Shown: positions 40,674-51,964, counted from the first letter of the stretch. The stretch is DNA of 64,000 nt from a virus (IMGVR_UViG_3300017761_005873:65261-129260); one strand, 5' to 3'. The notes: generated by a model not told the origin, from the sequence alone. A program made the numbers and translations.

Positions 40674-43088
40674 ATGGCAAATCCACAGGTACAACCTGCT
40701 GCTCTTGATACTAGAGTTGCTTCTACAACAAAGAAAACTAAAAAACGAGAATTTAAAAATCGTAAGACATTTTCTTTAAAGGCTATGGAAGCACTAGTTG
40801 ATAGAATTGGTTTTTTGAAAAATAAATATGATGCATTATCAATTAACGCACAAGAAAAATTAGGATATCATTATAATGAAATTTTGAACATCTTATTATT
40901 TCATAAATATGTAAAAGACAATAAAAAATTATTTGATATGTATAAGAAAATAAAAGATGCTGTCAATAAAGGTTATGAATTCAAAAAAGAAAAAAAAGTA
41001 CAAGAAAATACAATGAAAAACATGATAAATGAAAATAAGGCTACACATTTTGCCATCAATAAAAAGAATAACAAGATTTTAGAATCTTGGGATTATGAAG
41101 GTTATGACCATAGCGAATTAAAAAATTATAAACATGAATTCTTTAGTAAAGATATTAAAATGTCTTATCCACAACTAAATGAAAATGATGTATTAGTTGT
41201 AACAAAATCAAATTTGCATAAAAGAAATTTGAATGAAAGTTCAAAATCTAATTGGCAAAAATATACTTATACTCACTTTGCCTTATTAAAAGAAACTAAT
41301 CATATTCTTTATGGCTATAATTATGAAGATTTATCACAAGATGAATTAAATAAAAACAAAAATAAATATTTTTTAAATATTTTAAAAGAAACTTATGGTT
41401 CTGAAATTACACCAAAAGATGTTATTGTTGTTAAATCTTCTAAACTACCTAAACTAGGTGTTAAAAACTTTTTGAAAGAATCCAATTGGGTTGGTTTAAT
41501 CAATGAAGCATATTGCGGAAGTAATATGGATGAAATGATTGATGAAGATGATTCTAAAGTTTATGGTTCATTCAATGGTGAAGATTGGTATGATGAAAAA
41601 GAGAATAGTTATAAAAATAATTTTGATTTTGATTATGATGAGGAAACTTTTGATGATTTTAATTCAATGTATACTAAACATGGAAAAAATACTAGATGGT
41701 TTGCACCAGGACAAGAAGGTGAGAAATATTTTAATATGTATAAAGATAGATTTGGTTCAATGAAAGTTAGGACACCTAAAAATATTGATGAAGAATCTAT
41801 TGATGAAGATTTTGGTGGTTCTATGGCTACTGCTTTTCCTGTTAGTCCTGCTCAACCTACAGGTGGCTATCCTGTTGCTAATCCAAACTTTAAAGTTTAT
41901 GGTGATGGTAAACGAAGAGGTTTTGATATGTCTAAAGGACAAGATATGTTTAAAGCTAAAAACATGTTACCTTCTGTTAAAAATGGTATTAAAAAATATC
42001 AATCTGAATTTTCAAATCCTACTTTTAAACAAACTACAGAACCTGAATTTATTACACCTGTAAAAACAACTCATTTTCAAGGTACTAAAAAGAAAGCAAT
42101 GAAAGAAGGATATGACTTGGTTGATTTAAATGCTTTAATGAATGATGAGATTGAATATAAAAAGATTAATGAAAATAACAATCCATTCAAAAGTACTAAA
42201 GTTGAATTAATTAGAGAAAATAATAGAGATTCTATTATTGAGTTTATTTTAAAACATCAAGGTCATGAATTACCTGAATTTTATAATAAAAGACAATTAA
42301 ATACTTTATCATTAAGAACATTAAATGAATATTATAGCAGATTAGTTCAAAGATTGGATTTACTTAATGAAGAAAAGAAACATGATGCTATGATTAGACT
42401 TGATGCTTTAAAAAATCAATCTAAAAATGATTCTAATAATTATTATAAGAAAGATGCTAGTACTAAAACAACTACTATGCTTGTTCAAAATGGTGAAGGT
42501 GATGGTTTAACATATGATAAAGATTCAAGACAAAGAAAAGATATTCCAAAATATAAATATCAAGAAGAACATCAACAAGATTATCTTGAAAAGATTCATA
42601 GAGGTTTAGAAGATTTTGTTCCTGAAAATCAACCAAATGGAGAAGTTGACCCTCAATGGGAAGCAAGGAAGAAAGCTTTAATGAGTACTCAAGAAGTTGG
42701 AGCAAAAGCATATGACAATGCTACCAAAAGAATTAATAAAATTAAAGACAATAAGATAGGTACAAATAAAGCAGTTTTATTACAAAAAGATTTACCAAAA
42801 GTAGATAAAAAAGATAAAGCATTAAAAGAAAATAAATTTACTCTTGTTAGAGAAAATGATATATTAAATCAGGTACAATCTTATTACATTGATGACGAAA
42901 ATAATAAAAAACCTGTTATATTTGATTCAACAAATGTCATTGAAATGGTCAATGAAAACAAGCTTAATGGTTGTAAAGAATTAATATACAAGGGTTTAGG
43001 TCAAACTTTATCTGAAGATTTTAAACACAAAGTTTTAAACAAAAAACTTCTTTACTCACCAGAAAGTAAAAAAGTTTATGTTGTTTAA
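40674..43088 (+). CDS. large modular putative head-internal protein with a tandem ~75-aa THFA domain
   Basis: 804 aa, late motif, about 19 [ILVM]-x-E sites, duplicated THFA...(W/Y)xYE...SNW module. Confidence 0.6.
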   Translation: MANPQVQPAALDTRVASTTKKTKKREFKNRKTFSLKAMEALVDRIGFLKNKYDALSINAQEKLGYHYNEILNILLFHKYVKDNKKLFDMYKKIKDAVNKGYEFKKEKKVQENTMKNMINENKATHFAINKKNNKILESWDYEGYDHSELKNYKHEFFSKDIKMSYPQLNENDVLVVTKSNLHKRNLNESSKSNWQKYTYTHFALLKETNHILYGYNYEDLSQDELNKNKNKYFLNILKETYGSEITPKDVIVVKSSKLPKLGVKNFLKESNWVGLINEAYCGSNMDEMIDEDDSKVYGSFNGEDWYDEKENSYKNNFDFDYDEETFDDFNSMYTKHGKNTRWFAPGQEGEKYFNMYKDRFGSMKVRTPKNIDEESIDEDFGGSMATAFPVSPAQPTGGYPVANPNFKVYGDGKRRGFDMSKGQDMFKAKNMLPSVKNGIKKYQSEFSNPTFKQTTEPEFITPVKTTHFQGTKKKAMKEGYDLVDLNALMNDEIEYKKINENNNPFKSTKVELIRENNRDSIIEFILKHQGHELPEFYNKRQLNTLSLRTLNEYYSRLVQRLDLLNEEKKHDAMIRLDALKNQSKNDSNNYYKKDASTKTTTMLVQNGEGDGLTYDKDSRQRKDIPKYKYQEEHQQDYLEKIHRGLEDFVPENQPNGEVDPQWEARKKALMSTQEVGAKAYDNATKRINKIKDNKIGTNKAVLLQKDLPKVDKKDKALKENKFTLVRENDILNQVQSYYIDDENNKKPVIFDSTNVIEMVNENKLNGCKELIYKGLGQTLSEDFKHKVLNKKLLYSPESKKVYVV

Positions 43089-43521
43089 AGTGATGGATTT
43101 TAAAAATAAGGATAAGATATCAAAAGATAATTACTATATCTTATTCAGCGAAAATATTAACTACCAAAAGGTAGAAGTCTGTAAAGAGTTTATGATTGAC
43201 TTTACGAAGTTATTCATAGACTCTTTTTTAGGTCTTGATGCTTTTGACAATCAAGATGAAATAGATAATTATATTAAATGGTGTTATAATAAAACATGTG
43301 AAGAATATAAAAATATTTATAATTTTGATTTTACTAATAATAGCAAACTATTTTTATATATGTTGACGTATTCTAATGAAATAATAAAAAAGGATATTGA
43401 TTTAAACCCATTATATTATAAGTTAATAAAAGTAATAAAAGAAAGATTTTTTCTTTACAAAGAAAAAACAGATATAAAAGAATTTTTAAATTTATATTTT
43501 TTATTTTATAAAGAACCATGA
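43078..43521 (+). CDS. hypothetical protein
   Basis: 147 aa; DSFLG, YIKWCYNKTCEE. Confidence 0.55.
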   Translation: MLFKVMDFKNKDKISKDNYYILFSENINYQKVEVCKEFMIDFTKLFIDSFLGLDAFDNQDEIDNYIKWCYNKTCEEYKNIYNFDFTNNSKLFLYMLTYSNEIIKKDIDLNPLYYKLIKVIKERFFLYKEKTDIKEFLNLYFLFYKEP

Positions 43522-43781
43522 AAGCAAGATATTTTACTTACGGAGAAAAACCCAAAGCGGTTTATTATTTAACTGATATTAAATCAGAAATCTATTCAAA
43601 CAATTCAGCAGAAGAATTTTTTGAAGAGGTTAAAAAAAAATGGTTAACAAATCCTGATATTGTTATAGTTGATGATAGAGAAACATCATACTCAAGTGGA
43701 GATATTGATGTTGTTGACATTCAAAAATATTTATCTAAATTAGAAGACCTTAAAAACTATTTTGATAATGAAGATATCTAA
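43518..43781 (+). CDS. hypothetical protein
   Basis: 87 aa, ATGA-coupled. Confidence 0.5.
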   Translation: MKARYFTYGEKPKAVYYLTDIKSEIYSNNSAEEFFEEVKKKWLTNPDIVIVDDRETSYSSGDIDVVDIQKYLSKLEDLKNYFDNEDI

Positions 43782-43977
43782 AGAAGAAGAAAATGAAATT
43801 AAAATTCTTAAAGAAGAAGAATTAAAAGAAGAACATTTTTGGAAAGGTTATTCAAGTAGACTAAAAGAACAGATAAAAAGCGAGAATATTTTTCAAGAAG
43901 TTGAAAAATTTAAAATTCAAAAGAAAAAAGAAAAAAATAATTTTTTTAAAAAAATTATTAAGATTTTAGGTTTTTAA
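43762..43977 (+). CDS. hypothetical protein
   Basis: 71 aa, overlapping start, amphipathic C-terminus. Confidence 0.5.
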   Translation: MIMKISKEEENEIKILKEEELKEEHFWKGYSSRLKEQIKSENIFQEVEKFKIQKKKEKNNFFKKIIKILGF

Positions 43978-44007
43978 TCATATATTTAGGGTATAAATTT
44001 TAAAATT

Positions 44008-44169
44008 ATGCCTGTATCAAAACAAAGAAAAAATCAGAAGAAAAAAAGTGTTGCTAGGACAAGTAGATTAAAAACACAAGCCAAAATTCTATCTAAAAAT
44101 TTTTTAGAAAATTATCGTAAAATTATGGAATCAAAAAATCAATCCGAACTTCCTAAAACCGAAGAATAA
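44008..44169 (+). CDS. 53-aa basic microprotein (not in ORF track)
   Basis: MPVSKQRKNQKKKSVARTSRLK...PKTEE*, TAATG-coupled to the next gene, TATATTTA at 43981-43988. Confidence 0.6.
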   Translation: MPVSKQRKNQKKKSVARTSRLKTQAKILSKNFLENYRKIMESKNQSELPKTEE

Positions 44170-45257
44170 TGAACTTTATTAATAATGTGGAATCACCCAA
44201 GTTTGATTTCCATGATATCGCTTTGATTCCATCCATTCTATCTAATATAGAATCAAGAAAAGAAATTAAGATGCCCAATCTTTTACCATTGATGGCATCA
44301 CCAATGAACTCTGTTCTTTCAATTAGAAAAAAAGATAGGTTTCATGAAGAGTTTTTAAATTCTTTACTTAGAGAAATGATGGTCTGTATTCCAAGAAATT
44401 ATGAATACAGCAGATATACTGAACTCTTTAAGCATAGCAGTCTTAACAAATCAATGTTTAAATCAATTTCATTGCAAGAGTTTAGATTGATTGAAACTAA
44501 TTTTGATAGTTTTGATAGTTTAGTACTTGAGGCAGAATGTATCTTAGTTGATATTGCAAATGGACATATGAAAAAACTTCTTGATTTATCTAAAATCTTT
44601 ATTAAGAAGTTTCCTAATAAACAAATAATGATTGGTAATATAGCTAATCCACATACATATGATGCATTTGCTAAGATTGGTGTTCATTATTGTCGTATAG
44701 GTATTGGTGGTGGTTCTGTATGTACTACATCAGCTAATGCATCTATTCATTATCCTATGGCATCATTGATTTATGAATGTAATAGTATAAAACAAGCAAA
44801 TTCATATAAATCTAAAATTGTTGCTGATGGTGGATTTAAAAATTTTGCCGATATTATTAAAGGTCTTGCCCTTGGCGCAGATTACATTATGTTAGGTTCA
44901 ATTTTAAATAAATGTTTGGATTCCGATTCTTATCCTTATCTTTGGAAAAAAATCAAAATTACTAATATGAATTTGGCAAAGTGGCTTTATAAAAATAAAT
45001 TCTCTTTGTATAAAAGACATGTTGGTATGTCCACAAAAGAAGTACAAAAGATTTGGGGTAATTATAGACTTAAAACATCCGAAGGTATAGCCAAATGGAA
45101 TAAAGTAGAATATACATTTGATGGTTGGATTGAGAATTTTAATGATTATCTTAAAAGCACAATGAGTTATTTGAATTGTGCAAATTTTAATGATTTAAAA
45201 GAAAAAGCTAATTTCATATTCATTACAGAAAATTCATTTAGAAGATTTCATAAATAA
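44169..45257 (+). CDS. GMP reductase / IMPDH family oxidoreductase
   Basis: FDFHDIALIP, ASPM, VDIANGH, RIGIGGGSVCTT, IVADGG, ALGADYIMLGS, TSEG, LKSTMSY. Confidence 0.85.
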   Translation: MNFINNVESPKFDFHDIALIPSILSNIESRKEIKMPNLLPLMASPMNSVLSIRKKDRFHEEFLNSLLREMMVCIPRNYEYSRYTELFKHSSLNKSMFKSISLQEFRLIETNFDSFDSLVLEAECILVDIANGHMKKLLDLSKIFIKKFPNKQIMIGNIANPHTYDAFAKIGVHYCRIGIGGGSVCTTSANASIHYPMASLIYECNSIKQANSYKSKIVADGGFKNFADIIKGLALGADYIMLGSILNKCLDSDSYPYLWKKIKITNMNLAKWLYKNKFSLYKRHVGMSTKEVQKIWGNYRLKTSEGIAKWNKVEYTFDGWIENFNDYLKSTMSYLNCANFNDLKEKANFIFITENSFRRFHK

Positions 45258-45262
45258 CAATA

Positions 45263-48200
45263 ATGGCAGTTAGAAAAAAAATTACTTACAAGACATTTAA
45301 AGATGAACAAGTAGAAAGGTTTTTAAATGGTAGGAATAAAAATAGAAAACATATTGTATGTATTCAAGGTAGTAATTATTCTAATGAAATTAATTTAGTT
45401 ATTGATGATATTGAAAATAATAAAAAAGAAAGTGTAACTGAAGTATATAAGCCTTTTATTTATGTTAAAGACTTAGATAAACTTGGGATTCCTTTTTATG
45501 AAAATAATTCTGAAGAAAAAGTAGAGAATAAAAGGAAATATAAAATTAGTTATAAAAAACTAAAAACTACTGATAATAATGGTGCTGTAGTCGATAGACT
45601 TGAACAAGGTTATAAATATATATTCTATACTGATTCTGCATATGGAATGAGAGATTTACTTTTATTCTTTAGACACGGTGGTATAGATGTTCATTGGAAA
45701 AAAGATGAATCATTTACAAAAGAATTATTCAATCCTGATACCAATCAAGATGAACCATTTATTTATGATACAGAAAACCAATCAATAGTTTACAACACAA
45801 TTTCAGAAAATTATGAAATAATCATTAAAAATATTCATAAAGTTGTTTATAATTCTATTCAAGTAAAATATACTGGAGAATTTACTGAAGAAGATAATAT
45901 AGATGATGAAAATGAATTAGATGATTTTATTGAAGAAAAACCAAAACCAAAGGAAAAAAATAATTCATTAAAAAAGTTAGGGTTATTTCATAATTATGAA
46001 ATTTTCAAAGATAAAGATGTTTATAGAATTATCTTTAAAGATAAATTAAAAGCAGGTGAAAGTATTAATATAACCTATCAATTATCAAATAGAAATCTTT
46101 TTTATAGTTTAAAACCTGAAGAACAATTCTTAATACAAAATGGTATTAGAATGTTTAATGGTTATAAAACTTATGATGAAGTTCATAAATTTGTATTTGA
46201 TATTGAAACCACAGGTCTTAATCCAAATAGAGATAGAATATTTGCAATAGGTTGTAAAGATAATCGTGATTTTGTTTCAATTAACTTTGTTAATGAAATG
46301 GATAATAACGATGAAGAAAAAAGACTAATTTTAGATTTCTTTAGAATTATTAATAGATTAAAACCTGCAATTATTTTTGGATATAATAGTGAAGATTTTG
46401 ATTTTAACTTTATACTTACTAGAGCAGCATTGTTAGGTATTGATATTAATGAAATAAAAACAACCTACAAATTAGATAAACATATTAAAAGAATAGAGAA
46501 TTCATCTCTTAAAGTTGGTAATGAAACAAAATATTATACCAAAACATCAATGTATGGTTATAATGTTTTAGATATTATTCATGCTGTATGGAAAACACAA
46601 GCGATTAACTCAAATATGAAAGAGGCAGGTTTGAAATATGTCTGTAAATTTGCAGGTATTGCTAAACCTAATCGTATGTATGTTAAGAATGGTGCTAAGA
46701 TTTATGAAATGTGGAGAGATAATAAAAACTACATTAACAAATCAACAACTAATGAATATGAATTAATACCTGATGAATATCAAGATAACCCTATTAATTA
46801 CCTTTTAGAAAATTCTGAATATGATGAAATCATAAAAGGTAAACAAATCATTGAACAATATCTTAGTGATGACTTATGGGAAACATTGGAAGTTGATAAA
46901 CGATACAACGAATCAACATTCATGCTTTCAAAACTTCTTCCAACATCATTAGAAAGAACTGCAACTATTGGTGGTGCAGGTTCATGGAATCTTATTATGA
47001 CTGCTTGGAGTTATGAGAATGACCTTGCAATACCATATACACCAAACAAGAAAGAATTTACAGGTGGTCTTTCAAGAACATTCAAAGTTGGATATTTTGA
47101 AAATATATATAAAGAAGATTATGCAGGTCTATATCCTGCTATTCAACTTGAGCATTATGTATTCCCAAAACATGATATAACCAATATTCTATTTAGACTT
47201 TTAAGTTACTTTAAATTTACAAGGGATAAATATAAGAAATGGGGTAAAGATGAAACACTTCCTGAATCAGAAAGAAAGTTTTATGATACACTACAACTTC
47301 CAATTAAGATTCTTAATAACTCAAACTTTGGTGCGTTTGGTTCTGAATACTTCAATTGGGCTGACTTTGATTGTGCTGAACGTATTACTTGTACAGGTAG
47401 ACAATATCTTAGAAGAATGATTCATTACTTCATGCAGTTTGGAGCGATTCCTATTACTGAAGATACTGATGGTTGTAACTTCTCTGTACCTGAATATACA
47501 AATATTAATTTAAATTTTAATAAGTTAGATACACCAATAAAAATTAGTGATTTAACATATGAATATGAAGGTGTAACATATAAGGGTGTTGATGCAATGG
47601 TTGAGAAATTTAACAATGATATCATTGCAGGTCAATATATGAAACTTGATAATGATGGTATGTGGATTTCTGCTGCTAACTTCTCAAGAAAGAACTATGC
47701 TAATCTTGAATATTCAACTCTTGAAGATAAGAATAAGAAAAAGATATTTAATATACCAAAAGAATATTTAGGAAAAGAAGATGAATACTTTAAAGAATAC
47801 GCAGAGAAGAACTCTTATTTGGGAGAACAAACTAAAAATCTTAAAATTAAGAAATCAAAGCCAAAGGTCACAGGTAATACAATCAAATCTAAAACGATGT
47901 CGGAATACATTGAGGATTTTGTCAATGAAGGAATTAAGCTTATTCTCACAAATAAGCCTAAACAATTTATAGAATTTTATTATGAATATCTAACAAAGAT
48001 TTATTGTAAACAAATACCAATTAAAAAGATTGCATCTAAATCAAGACTAAAACAAACCGTTGAGGAATATCAAAATAGAGGTACGGATGTAAATGGTAGA
48101 GCAAAAGCTAAACAAGCACATATGGAATTGCTTATTGCACATAATATTAACACAAGCGGTATGGACTTTGTTTATTATGTAAATAATGGCACAGCCAAAT

Positions 48201-48895
48201 CTCATGGTGATGTTTCAATCAATAAGAAAACAGGAATGTATAATTCTTATATTATTACTGAAAAAGAATTGAAAGATAATCCTGATATGCTTGGTGAATA
48301 TAATGTTGCTCGTTATGTTAATAACTTTAACAAACGTGTTACAGCCTTATTAACTGTATTTCCTGAGAAAGTAAGGAATACACTTATCAAAGATAAACCA
48401 ATGGATAGAGAGCATTATACTGACAATGAAATACAACTTGTAAACTTTGATAGAGATTCAATTGAAGATTTCTTTTACTTAGAAGAAAAAGAAGTTAAAT
48501 TTTGGAATAGAACAGGTTTAAGACCTGATGACATATTCACAGAATTTAAATCTGATTACGAAATTAAATCCTATGAGTATTATGATAAATTCAATGAGAT
48601 GAAAGAAAAGATTAAAAATCTTGGTATAACATCAAATTTTAAAATGCAACATGAAAAATATCAAAATGATGATATAGTATTGTTGCTTAAAAAATCTTAT
48701 AAAATTGCAGATGAGATTGTTAATATTAAATACAATAAATATTTAGAAACATCAAATGTTTATTTACCATTAAAAAACTATGATGAGTTATATTTAATTT
48801 ACAAAAATAATAAATCAAAAAAAATAACAGAATCTAATAAATTCTTCATATCTAAAGTTGTTAATGGAAAATTAGATATTATTAAAGAAGTTTAA
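45263..48895 (+). CDS. family B DNA polymerase with 3'-5' exonuclease
   Basis: FDIETTG, GYNSEDFDF, YLSDD (exo I-III); DYAGLYP, KILNNSNFG, DTDG (pol motifs A-C). Confidence 0.93.
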   Translation: MAVRKKITYKTFKDEQVERFLNGRNKNRKHIVCIQGSNYSNEINLVIDDIENNKKESVTEVYKPFIYVKDLDKLGIPFYENNSEEKVENKRKYKISYKKLKTTDNNGAVVDRLEQGYKYIFYTDSAYGMRDLLLFFRHGGIDVHWKKDESFTKELFNPDTNQDEPFIYDTENQSIVYNTISENYEIIIKNIHKVVYNSIQVKYTGEFTEEDNIDDENELDDFIEEKPKPKEKNNSLKKLGLFHNYEIFKDKDVYRIIFKDKLKAGESINITYQLSNRNLFYSLKPEEQFLIQNGIRMFNGYKTYDEVHKFVFDIETTGLNPNRDRIFAIGCKDNRDFVSINFVNEMDNNDEEKRLILDFFRIINRLKPAIIFGYNSEDFDFNFILTRAALLGIDINEIKTTYKLDKHIKRIENSSLKVGNETKYYTKTSMYGYNVLDIIHAVWKTQAINSNMKEAGLKYVCKFAGIAKPNRMYVKNGAKIYEMWRDNKNYINKSTTNEYELIPDEYQDNPINYLLENSEYDEIIKGKQIIEQYLSDDLWETLEVDKRYNESTFMLSKLLPTSLERTATIGGAGSWNLIMTAWSYENDLAIPYTPNKKEFTGGLSRTFKVGYFENIYKEDYAGLYPAIQLEHYVFPKHDITNILFRLLSYFKFTRDKYKKWGKDETLPESERKFYDTLQLPIKILNNSNFGAFGSEYFNWADFDCAERITCTGRQYLRRMIHYFMQFGAIPITEDTDGCNFSVPEYTNINLNFNKLDTPIKISDLTYEYEGVTYKGVDAMVEKFNNDIIAGQYMKLDNDGMWISAANFSRKNYANLEYSTLEDKNKKKIFNIPKEYLGKEDEYFKEYAEKNSYLGEQTKNLKIKKSKPKVTGNTIKSKTMSEYIEDFVNEGIKLILTNKPKQFIEFYYEYLTKIYCKQIPIKKIASKSRLKQTVEEYQNRGTDVNGRAKAKQAHMELLIAHNINTSGMDFVYYVNNGTAKSHGDVSINKKTGMYNSYIITEKELKDNPDMLGEYNVARYVNNFNKRVTALLTVFPEKVRNTLIKDKPMDREHYTDNEIQLVNFDRDSIEDFFYLEEKEVKFWNRTGLRPDDIFTEFKSDYEIKSYEYYDKFNEMKEKIKNLGITSNFKMQHEKYQNDDIVLLLKKSYKIADEIVNIKYNKYLETSNVYLPLKNYDELYLIYKNNKSKKITESNKFFISKVVNGKLDIIKEV

Positions 48896-51800
48896 TTATA
48901 AACCTTTTTCAAATGCTGCATTTTGTTCTTGTATAAATCTTAATGCTGCATCTGCATCAATTGTTTCAGGTATATCAGCTAATTTTTGTCTTTGGAATTG
49001 AAATGATTTAGAAAGGTCAGGTGTAGGTATTTTAGTTGGTGTTATAGTAGGTCTTTGTTCTACCCTTGGTATACCTTGTAAATTACCATCTTGAGGTCTA
49101 TTACCATTAGAAGGTCTCTTTCTAGGGTTTGGAATACTTTTACTACCAAGGTTAGGCCATTGTTTTACTTCTTGTTCTCTTGCTTTCTCAAATGTTTTAT
49201 TACCTGCATAATTACCAGTATTAAATGTAGAGTTAGCAATGAAGTTAGAATCATTAGCAGTTTGAATTCTATCAATTGGACCTGCAAGTGATTGTCCACC
49301 AAGAAGAGTTAAATCCATTGTTACATTACACATTAATGGAATAGCACCCATACCTTCAGGATTTAAATCCCAGTTTGATTCACTAATATCAAAGTTAATT
49401 GACCTTGCAATTGCTTTTGAATAAATAAAGTCACCATAACGAATTACAAATACAGGCATTCTACCAAATACAGTATTATCAGTTTTTGTTAAGTTTTTAT
49501 CTTTTAATTTAGATGGCCTTGTTAATTGATGTAAGAATATATAACGTTTTGTAAAATCAAACGGTGTTTGACTATTAAATGATGGTGTAAATACATTTAA
49601 TTTTTCAAATCCTGTTGGGAATTTATTTGCACCATCAATATACTCAAATTGTAAATTTTTATTAGTATCGCAAGGTTCAGGTCTTTGAGTTACTTCATCA
49701 GCAGGTATTTTTTGTTCAACTATTTTTGTTGTTGTATCTACTTTCCTATTTTCTGTAATAACATCAACAGTTGCAACAATCGCATCTAATTTTGCAAATC
49801 TTTGTATTATTCTACTAGTATCGTTTATATTTAATTGATTTGGGTCATTATCAACAGGTTTAGGGTCACTATCAGCACCTGTTGTTGTTATTTTAACACT
49901 TATATTTTTACCATTAATTACTTGAGTATATGTTTTATTAGCATTAATACCAACTTGTCCTGTATCAATAAATACGCTATTAACAACTTGACCACCTACC
50001 GTAGTTGTATCTGTCATTAAATCTGAAAATTCACTTGTTTTAATTTCAGGAGCATCACCTCTAACTTGATTATATTTATTTATAACATTTCTCATTAAGT
50101 TATCTGCTCTTCTCATACCTAATGCACGATTGTATATTCTTGCATCATTTTGACTTAATGTTTGTGTAATCAATCTAGTTGCAAACCCTTCAAAACTCAT
50201 CTCAATTTTTGTACATTGAGGTTCTAACATATATTGTTTTAAAAAATCTACAATTTCATCAAGTTCAGATATAAAACTATTATTTTCTGTTGATGCATTT
50301 GCTAATTCACCACCTGTTGAATAAACAGGGGTTGTAGCATTAATAACAAATCCATCATTTTTAAAATGATATCTAGCTTTATCATCTCTTCTAAATGTTG
50401 TTTTTGTTGTTGAACTTGTTGGAATTTCACCTGTTACTAGAACATTTTTATTTTCATTTACAGTTTTAAAAACTAATTGACCACATTCATAAAGATAGTT
50501 ATAATAATTTTGAATAGTGGGTTCTAAATCTTGCATATCTTTAACCGTATCAATAAGTAATCTAAATGATAAACTTAAAGTTCTTACAGTATTTTGATAT
50601 GAAAATAATGGTTCAGGTCTTCCAAGAAAATTCATATCCGACCAATTGACTGAATTATTATCAGATATCTTTACATCATATGGTGCAAACCACATCCATC
50701 TTCCACCGTTTGGTCCTTTCTCACATTCTTCAACATCATCTTTTAATGCAAGATTTTCCATTGTGAAAAAATAATTATATTTATCTTCATTGACACCAAC
50801 AATTGGTGCAATTCTTGGTAAAACACTATCTCTCAATACTGAATTTTTTTCATTATTACCTCTAAATCTTATAAGTCTATCATAATTATCATATTGGTCA
50901 TAAAGTGTAAATGTTCTACATTCTCCATTACCTTTATAATATTTTATAGGTGGATTTACACTTGAATCAGTACTAATAATTTTTTGATTATGTGTTATGA
51001 TTGGATTTTCTTTTGCAAGTTTAGATGTAAAATAAACCAATCCTCTTCTTACACCAAATTTTTTATTAACATCATTTTGTTTTGTTTCATCACTATCATA
51101 AACATATGTATCAATATTTTCAACAGATAAAATTTTTGGTGGACCTAATGTAGTTCTATCAGTCCTAAAACCATCCATTTTATTTAAACTACCAAAACCT
51201 TGCTCTTTTTCTATATTTTTCTTTTCTAAATTATAATTTTTAATTAATTTACTTTCTTCTTTTTCATATGGTTGAAAATAACTTTTTGTAAATGTTTCAG
51301 TTAAATTATTTGTTGTTTCTAAGCTAGATGTAAAATCTTCACTATATGTATTTCTAAAAACTAAAGATTGTGTTTCAAATTCAACTTTTGAAGATTTTGA
51401 ATTATAAGTAGAAAATACAGATTTTTTATTTAATTGTTGTATTTTCTCTTTAATCATATCACCTGAATAATTATAATTTATGTCAGATGTTTTTGTATTA
51501 TCATATTTACTATATTCCTTATTTAAAAAATTTTCATTTTCCCTATAACCTATTGTATTTTGTAATACTCTATCAAAAATTGTCCTACTAGGGTCTTTAG
51601 TTATATCAGTTATACTTGCATCAGTTTTTTTCTTAAAAATATTTCTTAAATCATCTATAAAATTTGTTGGACTTGGTATGAATTTACCCAATATATTATT
51701 TCCTGCTCTTCTACCAAATTCTACAAGTAATCGTTCTCCACCTATTTTAACTAAATCACTATTCTTTGCATCAATTAATCTTTCAACAATATCAATAACA

Positions 51801-51964
51801 GGATTATTTCTATAATCATATCCTGTTATATTTTGTAATAAATTTAAACTTTTAGTTACGGCATCATCCCTTAAATCATACGGTGAATCTATCTTATAGA
51901 TATTTTTTTGTAATGATTCAGGTCTTTTACCATTACCAAATATTTGAAGTTCTGATTTAGCCAT
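48896..51964 (-). CDS. baseplate/tube-initiator-like structural protein with inserted OmpA-C-like domain
   Basis: WFAPYD...NW...FLGRPEPLFSYQNT.R.LSLSF and MPVFVIRYGDF...WDLNPEG flank HFKND...EGFAT...NRALGMRRA; late motif at 51978-51985. Confidence 0.6.
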   Translation of the reverse strand: MAKSELQIFGNGKRPESLQKNIYKIDSPYDLRDDAVTKSLNLLQNITGYDYRNNPVIDIVERLIDAKNSDLVKIGGERLLVEFGRRAGNNILGKFIPSPTNFIDDLRNIFKKKTDASITDITKDPSRTIFDRVLQNTIGYRENENFLNKEYSKYDNTKTSDINYNYSGDMIKEKIQQLNKKSVFSTYNSKSSKVEFETQSLVFRNTYSEDFTSSLETTNNLTETFTKSYFQPYEKEESKLIKNYNLEKKNIEKEQGFGSLNKMDGFRTDRTTLGPPKILSVENIDTYVYDSDETKQNDVNKKFGVRRGLVYFTSKLAKENPIITHNQKIISTDSSVNPPIKYYKGNGECRTFTLYDQYDNYDRLIRFRGNNEKNSVLRDSVLPRIAPIVGVNEDKYNYFFTMENLALKDDVEECEKGPNGGRWMWFAPYDVKISDNNSVNWSDMNFLGRPEPLFSYQNTVRTLSLSFRLLIDTVKDMQDLEPTIQNYYNYLYECGQLVFKTVNENKNVLVTGEIPTSSTTKTTFRRDDKARYHFKNDGFVINATTPVYSTGGELANASTENNSFISELDEIVDFLKQYMLEPQCTKIEMSFEGFATRLITQTLSQNDARIYNRALGMRRADNLMRNVINKYNQVRGDAPEIKTSEFSDLMTDTTTVGGQVVNSVFIDTGQVGINANKTYTQVINGKNISVKITTTGADSDPKPVDNDPNQLNINDTSRIIQRFAKLDAIVATVDVITENRKVDTTTKIVEQKIPADEVTQRPEPCDTNKNLQFEYIDGANKFPTGFEKLNVFTPSFNSQTPFDFTKRYIFLHQLTRPSKLKDKNLTKTDNTVFGRMPVFVIRYGDFIYSKAIARSINFDISESNWDLNPEGMGAIPLMCNVTMDLTLLGGQSLAGPIDRIQTANDSNFIANSTFNTGNYAGNKTFEKAREQEVKQWPNLGSKSIPNPRKRPSNGNRPQDGNLQGIPRVEQRPTITPTKIPTPDLSKSFQFQRQKLADIPETIDADAALRFIQEQNAAFEKGL

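Noticed and set aside
45700-46100. Intein or intron in PolB, RNR or terminase
   Set aside because: The PolB N-terminal acidic insertion has no C/S...HN splice motifs or LAGLIDADG blocks, and the other genes are uninterrupted.
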